Assembly (NCBI GenBank): GCA_038213805.1
Contig: JBBQSO010000015.1
Span: 1 to 64,000 of the forward strand
Source: Planctomycetota bacterium
GTDB taxonomy: Bacteria; Planctomycetota; UBA11346
Length of the DNA stretch: 64,000 nt
Reading direction: 5' to 3'
A model generated the notes under the pieces. That model did no database searches. It was not told the DNA's origin and saw only the letters and a program-made list of their open reading frames with translations. Below, piece after piece: positions 1 to 9,227 of this stretch (positions are counted from its first letter, which is position 1; the number at the start of each line of letters is the position of its first letter). The position numbers and the translations under genes are program-made.

Positions 1-987
1 CTCTCTCCATACACGCGGATTTGCTTATCTCACTGGCGGGCGGCGCTGGGGGCCGCGCCGGCGCCGCGGGGGGGGCCCGCGCCGGCCGCGGCGCGCGCGG
101 CGGGGACCAGGACCGGGCCAATCCCGGCGCGCATCGCCGCGGCGCCAAGCGCGGCGCTCGAACCGCTCGCCAAGCGCCAGGCCGCGCGTGGCGTGGGCGA
201 GCCGGGCCGCGGCACGACCAGCTCCGCGCCGGTGCGCGTACGTCCGGGTGCGCCGCCGCCGCCGGCGCGCGCGCGCCGGCGACGCGGCTTCCCGGTCGCC
301 GGCTTGGCGATCAGCGTCGTGCTGCTCGCGCTGCTGGGCCTCGCCGGTTGGACGGTGGTACTCGGGCACCTGCCCTTCCGCGATGATCCCACGGCCACGC
401 CGCCGAAGCCGCTGGCCGGCCCCAAGGCGGTGCCCGTCCCGGTCGCAGTCCCGGTCGCAGTCCCCGTCCCCGTCCCAGCCAAGCCGGCTGCGCCGCGGCC
501 GCCGCCACTGCACCTGCGCATCGACTTCCAGCCCGCCGGTGCTCGCCTGCCCGACGGCTGGCTATCCGACCACGGCGCGGTCTTCGCTGCGCGCGGCAAG
601 GACCTGAACTATGGCTGGAACCGCGACCACAGCGACCTCGCCAGCAACCGCGGCCTCAACTCCGACCCGCGTCTGGCGACCATCGTCGGGTTCCACGCTG
701 GCGGGGTGTGGCAGGTGGCCCTGCCCGACGCGCGCTACGAGATCACCGTGCTGGTCGGTGATGCAAAGCATGCGAGTGTCGCCACGCTGCGCATCGGCGG
801 CGTGGAGCAGTGCCGCAAGCTCGCTCTCGCGGGCGGCGAGTTCAAAGCCTTCACCGCCACCATCACGGTCACGGGCGGCATGCTCGCCATCGACCAGGAC
901 GATGGCAACGATAACGCTACCCGCCTTGCCTACATCGACATCGAGCGCCTCGACGACGACGCGCCCGCGGATGCGCAGAAGAAATAG
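1..987 (+). CDS. 5'-truncated membrane-anchored protein: TM helix, Pro/Val-rich linker, C-terminal beta-sandwich (carbohydrate-binding-like) domain
   Basis: Frame 1 is open from base 1 to TAG at 985-987; hydrophobic GLAISVVLLALLGLAGWTVVL; PVPVAVPVAVP linker; C-terminal domain starting RIDFQP...YGW...YEITVLVGD. Confidence 0.6.
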   Translation, partial: LSPYTRICLSHWRAALGAAPAPRGGPAPAAARAAGTRTGPIPARIAAAPSAALEPLAKRQAARGVGEPGRGTTSSAPVRVRPGAPPPPARARRRRGFPVAGLAISVVLLALLGLAGWTVVLGHLPFRDDPTATPPKPLAGPKAVPVPVAVPVAVPVPVPAKPAAPRPPPLHLRIDFQPAGARLPDGWLSDHGAVFAARGKDLNYGWNRDHSDLASNRGLNSDPRLATIVGFHAGGVWQVALPDARYEITVLVGDAKHASVATLRIGGVEQCRKLALAGGEFKAFTATITVTGGMLAIDQDDGNDNATRLAYIDIERLDDDAPADAQKK

Positions 988-1019
988 GGATCTTCCCTCA
1001 CGGGCGGTTCAAGCTCCCA

Positions 1020-1091
1020 CCTGGGAACGCCGAGCCCCAGCTCGGCTCGAAAATCCTGAAGCCTGCCGAGCTGGTGCTCGGCGCTCCCAGG
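1020..1091. repeat. REP-like inverted doublet (two 27-bp arms, each internally palindromic) between convergent genes
   Basis: CCTGGGAACGCCGAGCCCCAGCTCGGC (1020-1046) and GCCGAGCTGGTGCTCGGCGCTCCCAGG (1065-1091) are reverse complements with 2 mismatches; each contains GCCGAGC-N4-GCTCGGC. Confidence 0.7.
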
Positions 1092-1212
1092 ACGACTCGC
1101 CTCTCCATGTGATCGGCGCCGCACTCTCCAAACGCGCGGCAAACGCCGGAAATCCCAAGTCTGCACCGCCACCGCAGGGAGGTCAGATGGAAACCGTCGT
1201 AACGAAGCCGCC

Positions 1213-3444
1213 TCAGCGCGGCAGCGCGCGCCCGACCAGCGCGTGGGTGAGGGCCTTGAGTCCAAGCTCCATGAGCAGGAAGGGCTTGACCATGACGTCG
1301 TCGGCGAGGTGGTCGCCGGCGGGTAGGGTGGCCAGGCTGGTGACCAGGATGATCGGCGTGGCGCGGTAAGTGGGCAGGGCGCGCAGGGCCGCGACCAGGG
1401 CGAGCCCATCAAGACCCTCCATGACCACGTCGCTGAGCACCAGCGCGTAGGCGGTGGTCTGCGCGCGCGCCAGGGCGGCGTGCGGGTCGGACTCGGCCTG
1501 GGTGGCGATGCCGACCTTCTTGAGCGCCTGGCACATGGTCAGACGCGAGAGGTTGTCATCGTCGACCACCAGCGCGGTGAGCGGCGGCGGTTCGATCACC
1601 GAGGCCGGGCGCTGGAGCAGGTCGGCGAGACCGGACACCGCCTGGGCCAGCGAGTGCATGGTCGCGGGGGTGCGGTGTTCCGGCCAGTCGAGCAGCTGGC
1701 GGGCGAGCGCCTCGGCGGCAGCGGCGATGCGCGCGAGCGGCGGAAAGCCGGCGGCGCGCGCGGCGCCGGGCAGCTGGTGCAGGCTGAGCGCGAGCTGCAG
1801 CAGCGCCGCGTCCTGCACCGCGGCGTCGCCGCTCGCGGTCCGGAAGGCGGCGAGCGCCTCGTGCTGGCGGCGCAGCGCGTTGCGCGCCGATTCGATGAAC
1901 TCGTGGCGCAGCGCGGTGGGCGCCGGCGGCGGTGGCGCCAGGATCGCGATCGGGGTGTGGCCGGGGCGGCCGATCAGCGCCTTCAGCGCGGTGATCACCT
2001 GCGTCGGTGCCTGGATGGACTGGTCGATGACCAGATCCGCACCGGCCGCCTGGGCGGCGCGCACCTGCTCGTCGACCAGGGTGTTGGCCAGGGCGACGAT
2101 CTGCAGGTGCGCGCCGCCGGGCATGGCGCGCAGCCTGGTGATGACCGCCGCGCCGTCGCCATCGGGCAGGCCGAGGTCGAGCAGCACCGCCTCGGGATGC
2201 AGCGCCGCCACCTTGGTCAGCGCCTCGGCGCCGCTGGCCGCGCTGTCGACCAGCAGTCCGGCGGCGGTGCAGCGATTGACGTAGAGGTCACGCGCCAGGG
2301 GATCGCCATCGACGATCAGCACGCGCGGTCGGCCCGGGCGCAGCGCGGGGATGGCGGCTGCCGGCGTGGGCGGGCGCGCGCTGGGCGTCTGGCCCAGCGC
2401 CGGCGCGTGGCGCGGCGACCAGCCGGCGGCGACCAGGTCGAGGTCCTCATGCAGTTCGGCAGCGCTGGCGTAGCGCTTGGTGCGGTCGCGCGCCCCGGCA
2501 CGCACCACGATCGCCGCCGCCGCCACGCTGATGCCGGGGCGCGTCAGGCGTGGATCCGGGATCGACTCGTTGACCGCCTGATGGACGACGGCGTACTGGC
2601 TGGAGCCGGTGAACGGCGGGCGCCCAGTGAGCAGGAAGTAGAGCGTCGCACCCAGCGCATAGATGTCGGCGCGCGCGTCGAGGGTGGGATCGTTGCAGAT
2701 CTGCTCTGGCGCCATGAACGATGGCGTGCCGGGCACCGCGCCGTGACCGGTGACGCCGCTCGGACTCGGCGGCCGAGTCAGGCCGAGGTCGCCGATCTTG
2801 GCCCGCCCGTCGCGATCGAGCAGCAGGTTGGCCGGTTTGATGTCGCGGTGCACCAGGCCCGCTTGGTGGATCGCCTCCAGGCCCAGCGCCGCGTCGCGCG
2901 CGATGGCCAGGGCCTTGGCCTCGGGCAGGGTGCCTGCCTGCTGCAGCACCAGGCGCTCGACGTCGCCGCCAGGCATCAGCTCCATCGCCAGGTAGAGGCG
3001 GTGCTGGTCGCTGCCGGCGGCGTAGCAGGTGACGACGTGGCTGTTGCTGATGCTGGCCGCGACCTTGGCCTCACGGATGAAGCGCTCGCGGAACAGCGGA
3101 TCGTCGGCCAGCGATCCGGCCAGCACCTTGAGCGCGACCTCGCGTTGCAGACTGCTCTGCACGGCGCGGTAGACCACGCCCATGCCGCCTTTGCCGATGA
3201 CCTCACGCAGCACGAATTCGCCCAGGCTGTCGAGCGCCTCGTTGGCGCCGCTGCCGCGCAGCAGCTCGACCTGGGAAGCCGTCAGGGCGCCTTGCGCGAC
3301 CAGGAAGGCGCAGCCGTCGCCGCCCTCGCGCAGCAGCACCAGCGCCTGCTCGGCGAGCGCACTGCCGAGGATGCCGGCCTGCTGGGCGCGGCGGACCAGC
3401 CGGGAGTCGGTGCCGGGCGTGGGGGTGGTGGGCAGGTCGGTCAT
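1213..3444 (-). CDS. Hanks-type Ser/Thr kinase fused to REC-HPt-REC
   Basis: Kinase motifs GKGGMG, VALK, HRDIKPAN, DLG, GTPSFMAPE; REC1 VLIVDGD...LLDLGLP; HPt-like LHQLPGAA..AG; REC2 VVDDD...SDVVMEG...VTS...VKPF; ATG at 3444 chosen as start. Confidence 0.85.
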   Translation of the reverse strand: MTDLPTTPTPGTDSRLVRRAQQAGILGSALAEQALVLLREGGDGCAFLVAQGALTASQVELLRGSGANEALDSLGEFVLREVIGKGGMGVVYRAVQSSLQREVALKVLAGSLADDPLFRERFIREAKVAASISNSHVVTCYAAGSDQHRLYLAMELMPGGDVERLVLQQAGTLPEAKALAIARDAALGLEAIHQAGLVHRDIKPANLLLDRDGRAKIGDLGLTRPPSPSGVTGHGAVPGTPSFMAPEQICNDPTLDARADIYALGATLYFLLTGRPPFTGSSQYAVVHQAVNESIPDPRLTRPGISVAAAAIVVRAGARDRTKRYASAAELHEDLDLVAAGWSPRHAPALGQTPSARPPTPAAAIPALRPGRPRVLIVDGDPLARDLYVNRCTAAGLLVDSAASGAEALTKVAALHPEAVLLDLGLPDGDGAAVITRLRAMPGGAHLQIVALANTLVDEQVRAAQAAGADLVIDQSIQAPTQVITALKALIGRPGHTPIAILAPPPPAPTALRHEFIESARNALRRQHEALAAFRTASGDAAVQDAALLQLALSLHQLPGAARAAGFPPLARIAAAAEALARQLLDWPEHRTPATMHSLAQAVSGLADLLQRPASVIEPPPLTALVVDDDNLSRLTMCQALKKVGIATQAESDPHAALARAQTTAYALVLSDVVMEGLDGLALVAALRALPTYRATPIILVTSLATLPAGDHLADDVMVKPFLLMELGLKALTHALVGRALPR

Positions 3445-3652
3445 GAAGGTATCGGGGGTTCCGCGCGACGGATTGCGGTTCACCGTATCCGCAGGGCGCA
3501 GCGCCTGCAATGACGACCTCGGATGCGGGGGCTCGTATCTGCAGACCGCGCGTACGGCCGAGACCGGGGCGGCCCACGCGGGGCGCCGCGCGTGGCGGCG
3601 GTAGCGGCGAATTCAATGGTACCGAGCCGGTTACGGGTTAAGTCCGGCGCCC

Positions 3653-4306
3653 ATGTTCGCCTGGTACCAGCAGCTGACCACACCCGAAGGCCTCAGCCAC
3701 CTGCTCGCGGTGGTCGGTCCGCTGCTGCTCATCGGTGTGGTCTTCGCCGAGACCGGCCTGCTGGTCGGATTCTTCCTGCCGGGCGACAGCCTGCTGATGA
3801 CCGCGGGCGTGCTGTGCGCCTTCAATCCCACCGACCACACCGCGCCGCCGCCGCTCGACTTCGTGATCCTCGGACTGTGCCTCAATCTCGCCGCGATCTG
3901 CGGCGACGCGCTCAACTACACGCTCGGCCGGCTCAGCGGGCGGCGCATCTGGGAGCGTCCTGACAGCCGCTTCTTCAAACGCCGCCATCTGGTCGAGGCG
4001 CAGGATTTCTACCAACGCTGGGGCGGCTGGGCGATCATGGGTGGGCGATTCGTGCCGGTGGCGCGCACCTTCGTGCCTTTCATGGCCGGCGTGTCGCGCA
4101 TGCCGCTGCGCACCTACCTGATCTTCAATGTCGCCGGTGGCACCACCTGGATCTGGTCGATGCTCGGACTGGGCTGGTGGCTCGGCGGGCAGGAGGCGAT
4201 GCGCCGCAACCTCCACTACATGGTGCTGGTGATCGTCGCGCTGTCGTTCCTGCCGGTGGTGATCGGGATCATGCGGCGGCGCAAGGCGGCGCAGCGGGAA
4301 GCGTGA
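3653..4306 (+). CDS. dedA: DedA (VTT domain) family membrane protein
   Basis: FAETGLLVGFFLPGDSLL and GRFVPVARTF family motifs. Confidence 0.9.
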   Translation: MFAWYQQLTTPEGLSHLLAVVGPLLLIGVVFAETGLLVGFFLPGDSLLMTAGVLCAFNPTDHTAPPPLDFVILGLCLNLAAICGDALNYTLGRLSGRRIWERPDSRFFKRRHLVEAQDFYQRWGGWAIMGGRFVPVARTFVPFMAGVSRMPLRTYLIFNVAGGTTWIWSMLGLGWWLGGQEAMRRNLHYMVLVIVALSFLPVVIGIMRRRKAAQREA

Positions 4307-4325
4307 GCCGACGGCCGCCGCAGGC

Positions 4326-4346
4326 GTCCGACGTCCGATGTCCGAC
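4326..4346. repeat. Short heptamer tandem repeat (GTCCGAY)x3
   Basis: GTCCGAC GTCCGAT GTCCGAC just downstream of the dedA stop. Confidence 0.45.
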
Positions 4347-4519
4347 GGCCGGCACCATGCGCATGCAACGTCTGAATCACTCGACGACAGATTTCGGACC
4401 GCGCTCTGCCGCGAGGGGGACTGCCGTCGACTGGACACGTCTCGGATCCGGTGCCATCCTCCCAAGCCTTGACCCCGGCGCAGGACGCGCCGCGGGCAAC
4501 CGCTGGATGAGACCCCGGA

Positions 4520-5452
4520 ATGAGCGATCTGACGCTGTCCTTCGACCATGTCTCCTTCACCTACCGCGGCGACTGGCTGCAGCGCATCCACGCCCTGACG
4601 GATGTCACCCTGGCGGTGCCGCGCGGTTCCTCGTTCGGTTACCTGGGGGCGAATGGCGCCGGCAAGTCGACCAGCATCAAGCTGCTCGTCGGACTGCTCC
4701 AGGGACATCGCGGGGCGATCAGCCTGTTCGGCGCGCCGCTCGGCGATCCGCGCCTGCGTCAGCGCCTTGGCTACCTGCCCGAACAGCCCTACTTCTACGA
4801 CAACCTGCGCGTCGGCGAGTACCTCGCCTACCTCGGTCGGCTGTCCGGGCTTGATGGTCCGGCGCTTGCCGCCGGCTGCGACCGGGTGGCGCGGCTGCTC
4901 GACCTCGGCGAACTGCTCGGACGCAAGCTGCGCAGCTTCTCGAAGGGCATGCGCCAACGTTTCGGCCTCGCCCAGGCGATGGTCCACCAGCCCGACCTGC
5001 TCATCCTCGATGAGCCCTTCTCGGGTCTCGACCCGCTGTGGCGCGCGCGCTTCAAGGAGGTCATGGACCTCGAGCGGCGGCGCGGCGCGACGCTGTTCTT
5101 CTCGTCGCACATCCTGTCCGACGTCGAAGATCTCTGCGATCACTATGCGGTCATCGATCACGGCACCGTGCTTGAGCAGGGTCGCCTTGCGGAGCTGCTC
5201 GGTCAGGCGCCGCTGCGCCTGACCGCGCGCGGCCCGCGGGCAGTGGGCGCCACGGACGGCGACGACGGCGCGTGGACGCTGACCTTCCCTGAGCAGGATC
5301 GCGAGCGCGTCCTCGCCAGCCTGCCCGCGGGCGCGGCCATCCTGCGCCTGGAGCGCCAGCGCATCGCCCTTGAGGATTATTTCGTCGCGCGCATCAAGGC
5401 ATTTCACGGTGCCGGCCGCAAGCTCGCCGAAGGCGCGGGGGTGGAACGATGA
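4520..5452 (+). CDS. ABC transporter ATP-binding protein (PilH-like)
   Basis: Walker A GANGAGKST, signature FSKGMRQR, Walker B LLILDEP, H-loop SSHILSDVE. Confidence 0.9.
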   Translation: MSDLTLSFDHVSFTYRGDWLQRIHALTDVTLAVPRGSSFGYLGANGAGKSTSIKLLVGLLQGHRGAISLFGAPLGDPRLRQRLGYLPEQPYFYDNLRVGEYLAYLGRLSGLDGPALAAGCDRVARLLDLGELLGRKLRSFSKGMRQRFGLAQAMVHQPDLLILDEPFSGLDPLWRARFKEVMDLERRRGATLFFSSHILSDVEDLCDHYAVIDHGTVLEQGRLAELLGQAPLRLTARGPRAVGATDGDDGAWTLTFPEQDRERVLASLPAGAAILRLERQRIALEDYFVARIKAFHGAGRKLAEGAGVER

Positions 5453-6204
5453 TCATGGTCATCGCCGGCGCGACCTTCCGCGAGTCGCTGCGTTCGCGCA
5501 CCTTCGCCGGCCTGCTGGTGATCTACGCGGTGGCGGTGGCGCTGTCGCGCGCGGTCGGCTGGATCAGCGCCACCGATGGCGACATCGTCACCACCGACGT
5601 GGTGTTCAGCCTGCAAAGCGTGATCGGCGTGCTGGTCGCGGTCGCCACCGGCACCGCGCTGATGCACACCGAGATCCTGCAGAAGACCCTCTACACCGTG
5701 CTCTCGCGGCCGCTGCCGCGCTGGCGCTTCGTGGTCGGCAAGTTCCTGGGCCTGGCCGGCGCGCTGGCGGTCGGTCAGCTCGCCATGCTCGCCATCGGCC
5801 TGGGCTACCTGTGGGCGACCGGCGCGCCGGTGCAGCGCTGGCTGCTGCTCGCCGGAATGCTGACCCTGGTCGAGGTGCTGGTCATGGCCGCGGTCAGCCT
5901 GTGCTGGACGGCGCTGTCGACGCCGCTGCTCGCCGCGGTGCTCGGCCTCGCCACCTATGCGCTGGGCCATGCGGTCGCGACCCTGCCCGAACTCATGCAC
6001 CACCTCAGCGGGCCGCAGCAATATGTGGCCTGCGCGCTCGCCAGCCTGGTGCCGAACCTCGGCATGTTCACCTACCGCAACCAGGCGGTCTACGGCACCC
6101 CACTGCCGCTCGGGGATCTGCTGCAGAGCCTAGTCTACGGCGCCGCGTGGATCGCGCTGCTGGTGGCGATCACCATCGCGATGTTCCGAAGGAAGCAGCT
6201 GTGA
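5449..6204 (+). CDS. ABC-2 type permease (PilI-like)
   Basis: Multiple TM segments; TLYTVLSRPLPRWRFVVGKFLG loop; ATGA overlap with the ATPase gene. Confidence 0.85.
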   Translation: MIMVIAGATFRESLRSRTFAGLLVIYAVAVALSRAVGWISATDGDIVTTDVVFSLQSVIGVLVAVATGTALMHTEILQKTLYTVLSRPLPRWRFVVGKFLGLAGALAVGQLAMLAIGLGYLWATGAPVQRWLLLAGMLTLVEVLVMAAVSLCWTALSTPLLAAVLGLATYALGHAVATLPELMHHLSGPQQYVACALASLVPNLGMFTYRNQAVYGTPLPLGDLLQSLVYGAAWIALLVAITIAMFRRKQL

Positions 6205-6209
6205 AGAAC

Positions 6210-6342
6210 GTCCGCAGGTCCGGAAGTCCGGAAGTCCGGACGTCGACGGCGGGTTGCGCGCCTTTCCCCGGTCCGACCGTTGCGGTCCTGGTGCCGCGCT
6301 GGTCGTCGACACCCGGACTTCCGGACTTCCGGACTTCCGGAC
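6210..6342. repeat. Inverted octamer-array element, copy 1
   Basis: (GTCCGGAA)-type units at 6210-6241, ~71 bp core bounded by GTCGAC at both ends, (TTCCGGAC)-type units at 6313-6342. Confidence 0.9.
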
Positions 6343-6350
6343 CCTGACCC

Positions 6351-7574
6351 ATGCGCTCCGCCGGCCTGTTCATCATCATCGCGCTGATCGGCGCCGGCCT
6401 CGCCGTCTGGAACGCCGAGCGCTTCGTCGGAGCGCAGGCGCGCATCCGCACCAAGGACCTCAGTTTCCTGCCCGCACCGGTGGTGGCGAAGCTGCTCAGC
6501 TTCGGTCACGGCAACACCGTGGCCAAGCTGCGCTGGATCGACAGCTTCGCCTACTTCCAGTACCAGCTCGACCGCCAGGACGATCACGTCGCCGGCGGCG
6601 GTACCGGCTTCAAGCGCCTCTATGAGACGCTCATCGCCCTCGACCCGGCCTTTGTGCCCTTCTACCAGCACGCGGCGCTCAACACCGGGGGCGTGCTCAA
6701 GGAGTACGACGTCGCGCTTAGCTTCCTGATGCGCGGCATCGCCGCCCTGCCGGAGAACCGCGAGTTGTGGCGGTCGGCGGCGGCCGAGCTCAAGATGCAC
6801 TTCCAGTGGGAGGAGCGCATGCCGGCCCTGATGGACGGCTTCCTCGCCGCCTGGGAGGCGGCCGAGCCCACGCCCGAGGGCAAGCGCATGGTGTGGGACT
6901 GGAAGCGCAGCATGGCCCAGCGCACCTTCCACGGCCTGGAGCAGGTCCCCTACTGGCACGAGCAGTTGCTGCGCAGCAAGCCCGGCTCGGCGAGCGGCGA
7001 CTACATCGAGGCGGTGCTGCGCGAACAGCTCGCCGCATTCGGGCTCCAGGAGCTGGAGCGCCTGCACGACGACTGGCTGGTCGCGCATGGCGCGCTGCCG
7101 CTGCGCGCCGCCAGTCTGGCGGTCCTCTACCGCACGGCGCCGCTCGCCACCATCGCCGCGGCGCGGGCCGCCGCGCCGCCGCGCCCGGTCGGATTGGCGG
7201 ACCTGCTCGCGCCCGCGCTGCTCGCCCGTCGCTATCCCGGTGGCCTGCCGCCGCTCGGCCCGGTGCTGCGCGATGACCAGGGCCGGTCGCAGCTGAAGAG
7301 CGATCCCTTCGGCCTGCCCTGGGTGCTGGTCGACGGACGCATCGTCAGCGGCGGTCTGGAGCGACGGGCGTACGACCGGCGCCTGACCTCCGCCAACTTC
7401 ACGCTGCTCGGCGCAGCCCAGGCGCGCGGCCGCTGGCCGGCACGGCTCGACGAGGTCGCCGGGTTCGGCATCGACCTGCCCGCGCCGCCCGCGGATGGCC
7501 GCCTGGTGCTGGACGGGCAGACCCTGCGCATGGAGTGGGATCCGCCCCCATCGGCGCCGTGGCCGCTGCGCTGA
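6351..7574 (+). CDS. Membrane-anchored helical/TPR-like protein co-encoded with the ABC genes (PilG-like)
   Basis: N-terminal hydrophobic anchor; LRWIDSFAY...LYETLIALDPAFVPFY...FLMRG pattern; DPFG motif near the C-terminus. Confidence 0.55.
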   Translation: MRSAGLFIIIALIGAGLAVWNAERFVGAQARIRTKDLSFLPAPVVAKLLSFGHGNTVAKLRWIDSFAYFQYQLDRQDDHVAGGGTGFKRLYETLIALDPAFVPFYQHAALNTGGVLKEYDVALSFLMRGIAALPENRELWRSAAAELKMHFQWEERMPALMDGFLAAWEAAEPTPEGKRMVWDWKRSMAQRTFHGLEQVPYWHEQLLRSKPGSASGDYIEAVLREQLAAFGLQELERLHDDWLVAHGALPLRAASLAVLYRTAPLATIAAARAAAPPRPVGLADLLAPALLARRYPGGLPPLGPVLRDDQGRSQLKSDPFGLPWVLVDGRIVSGGLERRAYDRRLTSANFTLLGAAQARGRWPARLDEVAGFGIDLPAPPADGRLVLDGQTLRMEWDPPPSAPWPLR

Positions 7575-7593
7575 CAGCGAGCAATGGCGCGTC

Positions 7594-9042
7594 TCACCAG
7601 GTGCAGGTCGCGGTCAGCGCCAGCACACCGCCCACGGAATTCCCATCCAGCGGCACGGGGTTGCGTTCACGGATGATGCTGGTGTCGATGGGATCGTGGG
7701 TGCTGACCACCGCATCGCGCTGTGGCGCCGCCGTCGCCTCGCCCAGCAGCGTCACGCCCACCGTGCCGATCCCGGTGACGAGGCGCGCCCCCAGGCCGAC
7801 CGCCAGGCGCGCCACCAGCACCTGGCTGGTGCGCTCTTCCCCGCCGTCGACATCGAGGAAGCCATGGGTCTCGACGTGGGAGCGCCGCCAGCCCACGCCG
7901 GCCTCGCAGCGCAGGGTGAGGGCACCGTCGTCCCCGGACAGCAGCGCCGGCTCGGTGGCCAGACCAGCCCACACCAGCAGGCGCTGACCAGAGATATCGA
8001 AGGTATAGGGGGTGGAGATGCGCTGATCGCGCAGCCCGCACACCACCTGCAACCACGCTGGCCAGCCATCCGGCACGTTGCCGACCGCGAGGTCGACGCC
8101 GTGGCCTGAGACGCGCGAATCCTGGCCCGAGATGCCGAAGCGCATTGCCCAGGGAGCGGGTCCGGCCTGCGGCGGCGCCCGCCCCGGCGTCCACGCCAGC
8201 GACAGGGTGCCGTCCTGGCCGTTCTTGGTCAGGCTGTGGGTGGTCTCGAGGCCGAGGCGCACCGCACCGACGTCGATGGCTACGCCGATGACCAGCCCCA
8301 CGCCGCGCTCGTGGCTGGCCACGGCGTCGGCGGTGCCGGTCAGGGCGTGTCCGCCGGCGCCGTCGCCGCGCAGGCCCGCCCACACCCCGCCGCCGTCGCC
8401 CGCGACGGTCGCCAGCAGCTCTCCGCGCCAGCGCGACCAGCCGTCGGTGGTGGCCAGGGCGATGGCGCCCACGTCGATGGCGAGCGGTCCGGCCAGGGCC
8501 AGCCGCCCGCCCGCCCCGGCGTGCACCAGCCCGGCGGCCTGCAGCGCCGGGTGCTCGTAAGGCAGGTCGTTGGGTGCGTTGCCGAGCAGGACGTGGACAT
8601 CGTTCTGGAGGGCGCTGCCGTGCAGGTCGCCCGCCAGCTGCACGCCCGGACCACCCTGGATCCAGGCGCGCCACGGACCGTCGACGATGCCGCCACGCAG
8701 CGCACCGGCCACGGTCACCTCGTCGCTGCGCGCGGCGCCCACCCGGGTCGCGGTGAACGGATCGGGAAAGCCCCAGGCGATCGGCGCACCGCTCGGGTTC
8801 TGGCTGGTCAGCAGGCTGTAGTCGGCGGCCAGCGCATAGCGCCCGTCGTCCCAGCCCAGCCCGACATGCCCGGTGCGGAAGTCGTCGCTGGCGCCGCCGC
8901 CGCCCGGCCCAAGGCCATCGTTGCCGACTGCCAGGCGCCAGGTCCCGCGCTCCACCCCACCCGCGGCAGGGATGCCCGGCAGTTCGACGCCACAGCTCCA
9001 GGTGACAGGCAGCAGAAGAGCGAGGATGGCCGTGCGGGACAT
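7594..9042 (-). CDS. Putative outer-membrane beta-barrel protein with LpxR/DUF2219-like N-terminal region
   Basis: Signal peptide; GND...SDDFRTG and GSALQNDVH motifs; amphipathic beta strands; C-terminal Trp. Confidence 0.5.
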   Translation of the reverse strand: MSRTAILALLLPVTWSCGVELPGIPAAGGVERGTWRLAVGNDGLGPGGGGASDDFRTGHVGLGWDDGRYALAADYSLLTSQNPSGAPIAWGFPDPFTATRVGAARSDEVTVAGALRGGIVDGPWRAWIQGGPGVQLAGDLHGSALQNDVHVLLGNAPNDLPYEHPALQAAGLVHAGAGGRLALAGPLAIDVGAIALATTDGWSRWRGELLATVAGDGGGVWAGLRGDGAGGHALTGTADAVASHERGVGLVIGVAIDVGAVRLGLETTHSLTKNGQDGTLSLAWTPGRAPPQAGPAPWAMRFGISGQDSRVSGHGVDLAVGNVPDGWPAWLQVVCGLRDQRISTPYTFDISGQRLLVWAGLATEPALLSGDDGALTLRCEAGVGWRRSHVETHGFLDVDGGEERTSQVLVARLAVGLGARLVTGIGTVGVTLLGEATAAPQRDAVVSTHDPIDTSIIRERNPVPLDGNSVGGVLALTATCTW

Positions 9043-9227
9043 GGGATCATGATAACCCTAATGGGGGTTCCGCGGGCTGCCATGTGCGGGGTGGAGTGGG
9101 TTGGAGCCAGCGGGGACTAGACACGAGCATCGAGCATCGAGGCGCGAAACCGGGGGAGGCCGGCTCGCGGGGCGTTGCGGCCGTCTTCATCCCGCCTTCA
9201 TGCGCCGGTGCACGGTTCTTCACCGTC

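Noticed and set aside
1..35. AT-richer first bases resembling a sequencing adapter
   Set aside because: Only loose similarity to the Nextera mosaic end and the reading frame stays open; cannot be supported
425..480. Short tandem repeats encoding PVAV/PVPV (also PAPAP at ~56040-56080)
   Set aside because: Ordinary in-frame low-complexity linkers
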